DNA of 64,000 nt, taken from the NCBI GenBank assembly GCA_963828165.1, contig CAWHDR010000001.1:1107543-1171542 (forward strand), in the 5' to 3' direction. Shown here one piece after another: positions 56,901 through 64,000 of this stretch. Source of the DNA: an uncultured Chloroflexia bacterium. Lineage in GTDB: Bacteria; Chloroflexota; Limnocylindria; Limnocylindrales; CSP1-4. The position numbers were made by a program, and so were the translations under genes. Under the pieces are notes generated by a model. That model did no database searches. It had not been told where the DNA came from and saw only the letters and a program-made list of their open reading frames with translations. How positions within the stretch are numbered: the first letter of the stretch is position 1; every line of letters begins with the position of its first letter.

Positions 56901-56935
56901 GCCAGAACCCTCCAAGCGACGACAGAGTCACGTAA

Positions 56936-57805
56936 GTGTCCGGCATCACGCGAGCAGATCGGTTGGGAGGACAGGGCCCGATCTCCGATACGGAGATCCT
57001 CCGGTCCCGCGTCGCCACAGCGGTCGCGCAACGAGAGCGTCGACGGCAGACTTGGGGCATCCTCCTGCCAATCGTCCCGCTCGTGGCCTTCGCGATCGTT
57101 TGGCAAGTTTATGCCGAGCAGGCGAACAGCCTTGTCTTACCCACCTTTACGGAATTCGTAGCGGCATTCGCCGATCTGCTGGTTACCTCAGAATTCTGGG
57201 AGGCCATGCTGATCAGCAATCAAGCGCTGATTGTCGGCTACCTGCTCGCGGTAGCGGTCGGTGTCCCGATAGGCCTTGCGATGGGACGAGCCGCGCGAGT
57301 CCGCAATGTTGTCGATCCTTACATCAACCTGATTCTCATCATTCCGATGGCCGTGCTTATGCCGGTCATCCTCATCGCTCTGGGCATCAACTTCTCGTCG
57401 CGAGTCGTTGTTATCTTCGTCTTTGCCCTCCCGTTCATCGTTGTGCCGTGCCTCGCGGGCGTACGAATCATTGAGCGGCACCTACTGGATATGAGCCGCA
57501 CATTCGGCTCGAACGAGCGGCAGCTCTGGCGATACATCCTGGTGCCTGGAGCATTGCCAGCCATCTTGAGCGGGCTTCGCCAAGGCCTCGCCCACGCGTT
57601 GACCGGGATGGTGGTCGTCGAGCTAACACTCATGGCCGTTGGTGTCGGGCAGCTTCTGCAGACCTACGGCTCCAACCTGCAGTACGACTACGTGTTCGCA
57701 ATCGTGTTTGCGATCATTCTCGAGTCCGTCATCGGCGTGAGCATCCTTCGCTCACTCGAACGGCGAGCGGAGCGGGGGCGGCGCGCAATGGTGCCCGTCG
57801 GTTGA
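56936..57805 (+). CDS. ABC transporter permease (NitT/TauT family)
   Basis: 289 aa, 6 TM, with the EAA-like loop DMSRTFGSNERQLWRYILVPGALPAILSGLRQGL. Confidence 0.8.
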   Translation: MSGITRADRLGGQGPISDTEILRSRVATAVAQRERRRQTWGILLPIVPLVAFAIVWQVYAEQANSLVLPTFTEFVAAFADLLVTSEFWEAMLISNQALIVGYLLAVAVGVPIGLAMGRAARVRNVVDPYINLILIIPMAVLMPVILIALGINFSSRVVVIFVFALPFIVVPCLAGVRIIERHLLDMSRTFGSNERQLWRYILVPGALPAILSGLRQGLAHALTGMVVVELTLMAVGVGQLLQTYGSNLQYDYVFAIVFAIILESVIGVSILRSLERRAERGRRAMVPVG

Positions 57806-57816
57806 TAGAGGTGGGC

Positions 57817-58635
57817 ATGCAGACGGAAAGCGGGCACGTTAGGACGATCAACGGGGTGGGAAATGAACATCTCGGTATCGAACTTCGCGGCATCACGAAG
57901 CTGTTCAGGCGCCGAACGGCCGGTGGGGGCTCGGACATCTTCGCCGCCCTCGAGCACGTCGATCTGGCAATCGCCGAGTCGCAGTTCGTCAGCATCATCG
58001 GACCGAGTGGCTGCGGCAAGACCACGTTATTGCGCATCGTTGCAGGTCTGGAATATCCCCAAGCTGGCGAGGCCGTCGTGGGCGGCCGTCCCGTCCAGGG
58101 GCCGAGCCCCGAACGGGCGATGGTCTTTCAGCACTTTGCGCTTCTTCCGTGGGCAAACGCGCTCGAAAACGTCGCGTTCGGGCTCAAGGTCGCCGGCGTC
58201 GGCAAGAAGGAGCGGGAGGAGCGGGCTCGCCATTTCGTTCAGTTGGTGGGCCTGAGCGGTTTCGAGCATGCCGCTCCTCGCGAGCTTTCGGGCGGGATGC
58301 AGCAGCGTGTCGGACTTGCGCGCGCCCTCGCAGTCGATCCAGCATTCCTGCTCCTCGACGAGCCATTTGGCGCCTTGGATGAGATCACCCGGCGGGTCAT
58401 GCAGAACGAGCTAATCACGATTTGGGAGAAGAATCAGAAGACCGCACTCTTTGTCACGCACAGCGTCGACGAGGCCGTCTTCCTATCCGATCGGATCATC
58501 GTGATGAAGTCGGGCCCGGGTCGGATCGTGGACGACATCAAGGTCGACCTGCCGCGGCCCCGCGTCCGGGATGTCGAGCAGAGCGAGGAGTTCATCGCGA
58601 TCAGGGCGCACATCTGGAATACGCTCGGGCTGTGA
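57817..58635 (+). CDS. ABC transporter ATP-binding protein (NitT/TauT family)
   Basis: Walker A GPSGCGKTT, signature LSGGMQQRVGLARAL, Walker B FLLLDEP. Start set at ATG 57817; the ORF track has TTG 57802. Confidence 0.9.
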   Translation: MQTESGHVRTINGVGNEHLGIELRGITKLFRRRTAGGGSDIFAALEHVDLAIAESQFVSIIGPSGCGKTTLLRIVAGLEYPQAGEAVVGGRPVQGPSPERAMVFQHFALLPWANALENVAFGLKVAGVGKKEREERARHFVQLVGLSGFEHAAPRELSGGMQQRVGLARALAVDPAFLLLDEPFGALDEITRRVMQNELITIWEKNQKTALFVTHSVDEAVFLSDRIIVMKSGPGRIVDDIKVDLPRPRVRDVEQSEEFIAIRAHIWNTLGL

Positions 58636-59429
58636 TCAAGTCATCGCGATCGGCAACGTTCACTCGTCCACTGCCGCGCCCAGGGTACCCGACGTTGGCA
58701 GTGCAGGGGGTGTCCCTGCTGGCGGGCCTCATTGTCTGGGAAGTCGTCTTCGGCTACCTGCTTGACGTCAAGTTCCTGCCGCCGATCAGCGTCGTCCTGA
58801 CTCGATGGGCTGAGATCTGGTCGAGCGGGGTCCTGCCGCAGGCGGTGGCTGACAGCGTCGTCGCGCTGATCCTCGGCTACGTGGTCTCGGTCGTCACCGG
58901 TGTCGCCCTGGGTGCTGCTATGGCGCAGTCGGAGAAGTTGAGCCAGATGTTCAGCGGCTACGTCTCGGCCATGATCGTGTCACCGGGCATCGTACTCGGG
59001 CCGATCTTGTTCATCCTGTTTGGCCTTGGGTCCGGCACGCTGATCGCGATCATCGTTGTCTTCGCGTTCCCGTTCATCGTGCTGAACACGATCACCGCCT
59101 TTACGGAGGTTCCGAGAGATACAAGAGAGATGGCGCGCATGTTCGGCGCCAATCGACTACAGGTGTTCTTCCTGGTCTCGCTGCGCGCAGCGATGCCGCT
59201 GCTGACAGCTGGGCTACGGATCGGAATGGGTCGAGCCATCAAGGGGATGTTTGTCGGGCAGCTCGTGGTAACCGTCGTCGGCCTCGGGTACCTCGGCCTC
59301 CTCTATCAAGGATCGTTCGACGCCGCAGGATCCCTAGCGATCGGCTTCACGATCGTCGTGATCTCGGTGTTCGGCCTCGGCTTCGTCCTAGCCCTTGACA
59401 AGAAGGTCAACTGGTGGGCCGGTCACTAG
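58632..59429 (+). CDS. ABC transporter permease (second, NitT/TauT family)
   Basis: The GTG overlaps the ATPase stop (GTGA). EAA-like loop EMARMFGANRLQVFFLVSLRAAMPLLTAGLRIG. Confidence 0.8.
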   Translation: MIKSSRSATFTRPLPRPGYPTLAVQGVSLLAGLIVWEVVFGYLLDVKFLPPISVVLTRWAEIWSSGVLPQAVADSVVALILGYVVSVVTGVALGAAMAQSEKLSQMFSGYVSAMIVSPGIVLGPILFILFGLGSGTLIAIIVVFAFPFIVLNTITAFTEVPRDTREMARMFGANRLQVFFLVSLRAAMPLLTAGLRIGMGRAIKGMFVGQLVVTVVGLGYLGLLYQGSFDAAGSLAIGFTIVVISVFGLGFVLALDKKVNWWAGH

Positions 59430-60156
59430 CAACTAGCGCCCCGAGCTTCACCGCCCTGAAATCGATGCCCAGCGTCCTGTAAGTCGCCCACATCTCAGCG
59501 ACAGGGCCAAATACGACCGGAATGCCGAGGTCAGCCTCCAGCGCGACGATCGCGGATTCGGCGTCCCATCCAGCGCCATGGATGTACAGCGCATCGCAAG
59601 GAGCCTTGTTGGCCGCATCCCGCCCGTGGCGATAGACCTCCTGCCACGAGATCCTTTCGACATCGCGAAGTGACACTGCATAGAGTTCCTCGGTCGACTG
59701 TCCCGCGATCGGGTCCACGGCTGCCGTCATGCCGAACTCCGCGAGGTAGCGCACGAGGGCGTCGTTCAACTCCTCCTTGTAGTAGCTGATGACCGTCACT
59801 CGGCTCGCGCCGAGATGGGCCAGCGCCTCCGCATGCGCCGCCAGTGGTGGGATGACAGCCACGCCGGTGCGTTGGGCAAGCGCGGTGGCCCAGTCGGCTT
59901 CGAATTCACGGCCTCGCAGCAGGAAGGGCGGTCCCCCGCTCACGCAGAGCAGGTCGACGCCGACTGCACAGAGCTCGTCTGCCAAGGTGTCGATTCTAGC
60001 GAACCCGTGCTCGAACGCGGCCGCGTCGCCTTTGGCGTAGCCGATATGCGTGGGTAGAATCTCCACGCCGTCGGGAGCATTGCGGTACCAAGGCGCGAAC
60101 GACTTTCCCCGCAACGTCGGCTTGATCAGTCCGATTCGGGCGCGCCAACCGTACAT
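59407..60156 (-). CDS. Maleate isomerase / arylmalonate decarboxylase family protein (Asp/Glu/hydantoin racemase superfamily)
   Basis: 249 aa: ARIGLIKPT, first catalytic-Cys motif DLLCVSGG (Cys71). The second motif position reads ALYIHGAGW (Gly, not Cys, at about 194). Its 3' end overlaps the convergent permease gene by 23 nt. Confidence 0.7.
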   Translation of the reverse strand: MYGWRARIGLIKPTLRGKSFAPWYRNAPDGVEILPTHIGYAKGDAAAFEHGFARIDTLADELCAVGVDLLCVSGGPPFLLRGREFEADWATALAQRTGVAVIPPLAAHAEALAHLGASRVTVISYYKEELNDALVRYLAEFGMTAAVDPIAGQSTEELYAVSLRDVERISWQEVYRHGRDAANKAPCDALYIHGAGWDAESAIVALEADLGIPVVFGPVAEMWATYRTLGIDFRAVKLGALVASDRPTS

Positions 60157-60273
60157 TCTGCTCCTTGAGGACGGGGGAAGATGGCCGTCCTGTAAACATT
60201 AACGACAATCTTGTCCGCATACGAACTGCCCGTCGCGCGGCCGGCCCAGCCTGCCCGGCCGGCGGCGATGCCG

Positions 60274-61068
60274 TCAGGGATGGTCGGTCGAACGAGGCTC
60301 GAGGCCTCGATCCGAGACACCTCGCGCCGCGACCATCACCTCGGTCGCAAGGCGGATGAGCGTTGCCTGCTGCCCGATCCGACGCACCGGCCCGCTGACG
60401 CCGATCGCCCCGATTGCTTCCGAATGCTCTCCGAAGACGGGGGCCGCCACCCCGGCCGTATCCAAACTCCAGCCGCGGATGTTGATCGCGAAACCACGTC
60501 GCCGAATCGCCTCGAGGGTCCGAGCGAACGCCACCCGCTCGACTATGGTGCGGCGCGTAAGCGGCTCAAGCCCTTGCGCCACGACTGCCTCCGCGGCCTC
60601 CGGGACGTAGGCCAGGATTGCCTGGCCGACCGCGGTGGCGTGCGACGGCAATCGCGAGCCGATCGGATGGCGCACGATGATCGGGCTAGACCCATCGACG
60701 TGATCGATCGCGACGACGTCGAACCCATCGAGGACTGCCAGGTGCGCGGTCTCCCCTGTGCGATCGGCAAGGTCCGCGAGCACTGGATGGGCGACCTCGC
60801 GCAGGCGCATGGGAACTGCCAGCGGGTTTCCGATGAGGTGGAGCAGCGCGGGTCCGCGGCGGTAGAGCCGGGTGGGCGTCTGCAAGGCAAAGCCATGGGT
60901 CACGAGCGTCGCGAGCATCCGGTGGGCCATGCTCGGCGCTATTCCCAAGCGCCGAGAGATGTCCGTGACGCGCAACGGTTGCCGGGCCTGCGCGAGGATC
61001 GTCAGGAGCGAGAGGGCTCGCCCCACCGTCTGCAGTTCCCCGCTTTGGAGTGGCCCCTGTCTCTCCAT
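60274..61068 (-). CDS. IclR-family transcriptional regulator
   Basis: 264 aa from ATG 61068: LQTVGRALSLLTILAQARQPLRVTDISRRLGIAPSMAHRMLATLV plus an IclR effector domain (…FAINIRGWSLDTAGVAAPVF…IGAIGVSGP). Divergent from hyuA. Confidence 0.85.
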   Translation of the reverse strand: MERQGPLQSGELQTVGRALSLLTILAQARQPLRVTDISRRLGIAPSMAHRMLATLVTHGFALQTPTRLYRRGPALLHLIGNPLAVPMRLREVAHPVLADLADRTGETAHLAVLDGFDVVAIDHVDGSSPIIVRHPIGSRLPSHATAVGQAILAYVPEAAEAVVAQGLEPLTRRTIVERVAFARTLEAIRRRGFAINIRGWSLDTAGVAAPVFGEHSEAIGAIGVSGPVRRIGQQATLIRLATEVMVAARGVSDRGLEPRSTDHP

Positions 61069-61128
61069 GGCATTCCCCTCAGAGGAATTCTGTTGACGGA
61101 CACGTGAACCCGCCCAAGACTGGAGCCG

Positions 61129-63261
61129 ATGAGCGAGGCGAGAGTCAGTTCCCAGGAGCGGAATGGCGTGACGCGCGGCGAACGGTACACCATCGGTGTC
61201 GATATCGGTGGGACGTTCACGGATGTCGTCGTCGTCGGCGTCGATGGACGCATCCACGGGGCCAAGGCGCCAACGACTCCTCAGGATTTCTCTATCGGTG
61301 TGATGGACGCGCTCGGTGCGGCCGCCGATACGCTCGGCATCAGTCGACTTGAATTGCTTCACGCGACCAATCTCGTGAAGCACGGAAGCACCGTCGCGAC
61401 AAATGCGCTGATCACGAGAAGCGGTGTCACCGTCGGCCTGCTGACAACACGTGGGTTCGAAGACACGCCATCGATCATGCGCGCGGTCGGGCGCGTCGAT
61501 GGACTTCCCGCGGAGGAGGTCCGACGGGTCACGATGATCACGAAGCCGGAGCCGCTCGTTCCCCCTGAGCTGGTTCGAGGGGTTTCCGAACGGATCGACG
61601 CGGCAGGCACCGTCGTCGTCCCGCTCGATCATGAGGAGGTGCGGACCGCCGCGACCGATCTCATCGAGCGGCACGCGTGCGAGGCGCTAGCCATCAGCTT
61701 CCTCCACGCCTGGCGTAACCCTGTTCATGAGCGAGCCGCGCGAGACCTTGTCCAGGCCCTCTATCCCTCCAGATCAGTGTTCTGCAGTCTCGGGAGCGAC
61801 CTGTCTCTCGTGGCGGGAGAGTATGCCCGCACCAACACCGCGATCGCCGACGCATTCGTGGGTCCCCAAGTCCGGAAATACCTGGACAACCTCGAGCGGC
61901 AGCTTCGCGGGGATGGTTTCGGCGGACGGATCCTGGTCATGAAGGGCAACGGCGGACTCAGCAGCCACGATGGAGCGAGTCCCATCTCGACGCTCCAGTC
62001 CGGTCCGGCTGGCGGGATGCTTGCGACCGCTTACATGACCGACCGATTGGATCATCCCCGCGTGATCACTGCGGACATGGGCGGTACCAGTTTCGATGTC
62101 GGGGTCATCGATGGTGGCTACTGGCGGTACGCCGATGAACCAGTGTTCGAGCGGTTCCGGATCCTGCAACCGATCGTCGACATCACCTCGATCGGGGCGG
62201 GTGGCGGAACGATCGCCCGGGTTGACAAGTCGACTGGCAGGCTGCTGGTGGGGCCGGAGAGCGCGGGCGCGCGACCAGGGCCTGTGTGCTATGGCCAGGG
62301 CGGAGAACACCCGACCGTGACTGACTGCGACCTAGTCCTCGGGTACCTTGACCCCGGCTTCTTCCTGGGCGGGCGTCGTCGGCTCGACCCCGGAAGCGCC
62401 CGGGCCGCGGTCGAGGAACTGCTCGCGCGACCACTCGGCCTGACCGTCGAGCACGCCGCGGCCGGCGTGGTCCGCATCGTCAACAGCAAGATGTCCGACC
62501 TCATCCGTCGTGAGGTGATTCGCAGTGGTGGGGTTCCCACCGAATTCACCCTGTATGCATTCGGTGGTGCCAGTCCAGCGCACGCTGTCGGATATGCCCG
62601 AGACCTGGGCGTCCCCGAGATCGTGATCTTTCCCACGTCACCCGTGTTCTCCGCTTTCGGCATCGCCGTCGCCGACATCGTCCACACTCGGCTGGCGACC
62701 CGGTCGTACGCGCTGCCGGTGGACCCTGAGGTGCTGAATGAGGATCTCGCCTCCCTCGAGCTCGAGCTGGAGCGGCAACTAGAGGGATCGTCGATCGTGA
62801 GTCCCGTATTCAACCGATACGTGACGATGCAGTTCCGCCGTCAGACGAGCGGCGAGGAGATCGCCCTGCCGTGGGACCGGTTCACACCAGGGCGCGTCGA
62901 TGAGCTGGTGCAGCTCTTCGTCTCGCACTACGAGCGCCAATACGGCGAGGGCGTCGCGTATACGGATGCCGGCGTCGACATCAGCGGCCTTCGGGTCGAC
63001 GCCGTCGTCGCAGTCGCGAAACCGGAGCTCCCCGAGTTCAGCGGCGGCGGCGAGAATCCCCGAGGAGCGGTCAAGGGCCATCGGGAGGCCTGGTTCGATG
63101 ATGGCTTCCTCCGTACCGCTATCTACGACTACGACCGGCTCGCGCCGGAGATGCGCCTGGTCGGTCCGGCGATCATCGAGTCCACGTCGACCACCACGGT
63201 CGTGCCACCGAAGGCCGAGGCACGGGTCGACCAGTACCGCAACCTTGTCGTGCGGCCATGA
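61129..63261 (+). CDS. hyuA: Hydantoinase/oxoprolinase family protein, A subunit
   Basis: 710 aa: YTIGVDIGGTFTDVVV, TNALITRSG, ITADMGGTSFDVG, typical of HyuA / N-methylhydantoinase A / acetone-carboxylase beta-like proteins. Confidence 0.9.
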   Translation: MSEARVSSQERNGVTRGERYTIGVDIGGTFTDVVVVGVDGRIHGAKAPTTPQDFSIGVMDALGAAADTLGISRLELLHATNLVKHGSTVATNALITRSGVTVGLLTTRGFEDTPSIMRAVGRVDGLPAEEVRRVTMITKPEPLVPPELVRGVSERIDAAGTVVVPLDHEEVRTAATDLIERHACEALAISFLHAWRNPVHERAARDLVQALYPSRSVFCSLGSDLSLVAGEYARTNTAIADAFVGPQVRKYLDNLERQLRGDGFGGRILVMKGNGGLSSHDGASPISTLQSGPAGGMLATAYMTDRLDHPRVITADMGGTSFDVGVIDGGYWRYADEPVFERFRILQPIVDITSIGAGGGTIARVDKSTGRLLVGPESAGARPGPVCYGQGGEHPTVTDCDLVLGYLDPGFFLGGRRRLDPGSARAAVEELLARPLGLTVEHAAAGVVRIVNSKMSDLIRREVIRSGGVPTEFTLYAFGGASPAHAVGYARDLGVPEIVIFPTSPVFSAFGIAVADIVHTRLATRSYALPVDPEVLNEDLASLELELERQLEGSSIVSPVFNRYVTMQFRRQTSGEEIALPWDRFTPGRVDELVQLFVSHYERQYGEGVAYTDAGVDISGLRVDAVVAVAKPELPEFSGGGENPRGAVKGHREAWFDDGFLRTAIYDYDRLAPEMRLVGPAIIESTSTTTVVPPKAEARVDQYRNLVVRP

Positions 63262-64000
63262 AGGACATCGCGCCCAGCGTCGATCCGATCGATTTTGAGA
63301 TCTTCTCTCACCGACTCTGGGCCGTCGGCGAGGAGGGCCGAATCGCCCTCCAGCGTGTAACTGCGTCGCCCATCGTGGCCCAAGGGGGCGAGTGCATGTG
63401 TTCGTTCTATGACGCGGACGGCACCATGCTGCTGGCGTGCTCGGGTCACCTCCGGTTCGCTGCCGCGACCTCAGACGCGATACGGAAGATGATCGAGTGG
63501 TTCGAGGTCAGCCCGGGTATCCACGAAGGGGACGAATTCATCTTCAACGACCCGTACGTCGCCGGCTCGCATACCTACGACACGATGCAGATCGCGCCGG
63601 TCTTCTGGGAGGGGCGGCGCGTGGGCTGGGTCGCTTCGAGCTCGCACACCGCCGACACCGGCGGCGTGCTACGCGGTGCCGCCACCGAAATCTTCCACGA
63701 GGGCATCCGCCTGCTGGGATTGAAGATCGTCGAGCGGGGTGAGTTCCGGCAGGACGTGTTCAAGACCATCGTGGAACAGTGCCGGGACCCGCATTACGTC
63801 GGCATGGACCTGAAATCGCGCACCGCTGCGAACACCGTCTGCAGCCGTGGCTTCCGCGCGCTGATCGAGCGATTCGGGATCGAATTCTTCGAGGCCGCCG
63901 GTCGCAAGCTCGTCAACGATGCCGAGGCCATGGCCCGGGCGAAACTGCGGTCGATTCCCAATGGCACATGGCGCAGTCGGATCTACGGATCCGCACGCGA
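63258..64000 (+). CDS. hyuB: Hydantoinase B/oxoprolinase family protein (partial, runs off the window)
   Basis: Not in the ORF track because it has no stop in the window. The ATG 63258 overlaps the hyuA stop (ATGA). It reads MKDIAPSVDPIDFEIFSHRLWAVGEEGRIALQRVTASPIVAQGGECMCSFYDADG...FIFNDPYVAGSHTYD. Confidence 0.85.
   Translation, partial: MKDIAPSVDPIDFEIFSHRLWAVGEEGRIALQRVTASPIVAQGGECMCSFYDADGTMLLACSGHLRFAAATSDAIRKMIEWFEVSPGIHEGDEFIFNDPYVAGSHTYDTMQIAPVFWEGRRVGWVASSSHTADTGGVLRGAATEIFHEGIRLLGLKIVERGEFRQDVFKTIVEQCRDPHYVGMDLKSRTAANTVCSRGFRALIERFGIEFFEAAGRKLVNDAEAMARAKLRSIPNGTWRSRIYGSAR

Overview
High-GC bacterial chromosomal fragment (about 65-72 % GC by eye, not computed). The gene content looks Actinomycetota/Terrabacteria-like: HspR, CsoR, F420-type LLM enzymes and a ceoBC-like trkA pair. 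I saw no rRNA, tRNA, CRISPR array, transposase or integrase. There are about 65 protein genes, tightly packed, many with 4-nt ATGA/GTGA start-stop overlaps. Most long antisense ORFs in the track are high-GC shadows. The window falls into three zones. Zone 1 (1-39.2 kb) holds mixed regulators and small enzymes, a membrane adenylate cyclase, an ArsR-MFS-GNAT unit, and a long minus-strand block: GNAT, NYN-domain protein with a long disordered tail, holB, acyP, three unknowns including a PD-(D/E)xK-like protein, and a thioesterase. It also holds a liv-type ABC operon, hpt, csoR plus an orphan GAF histidine kinase, rsmG, a KimA-like permease with usp and two trkA genes, and an hspR-lon-cbpA-clpB heat-shock block. 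Zone 2 (39.2-49.25 kb) contains five dispensable genes (NUDIX, vWA lipoprotein, yeiH, MBL-rhodanese, kynU) broken by at least 10 frameshifts. Every shift is in the +1 direction (one extra base). The interleaved purH, glpX, a cupin and a membrane protein are intact. Zone 3 (49.26-64 kb) is visibly lower in GC. It is a catabolic island with two LLM oxidoreductases, a J-domain/HTH fusion, a cyclic amidohydrolase, an alpha/beta hydrolase, GntR, a NitT/TauT-type ABC importer, a maleate-isomerase/AMDase-family protein, IclR and hyuA/hyuB. The most interesting items are the same-direction frameshift cluster, the NYN nuclease with an RGG/KRRTTRKT-repeat tail, the acidic-protein/PD-(D/E)xK pair coupled to a thioesterase, the J-domain-HTH fusion, and the uncharacterised cyclic-amide island with a single-Cys AMDase-family member. 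All family calls come from reading the translated sequence and recognising motifs. No database search was run.
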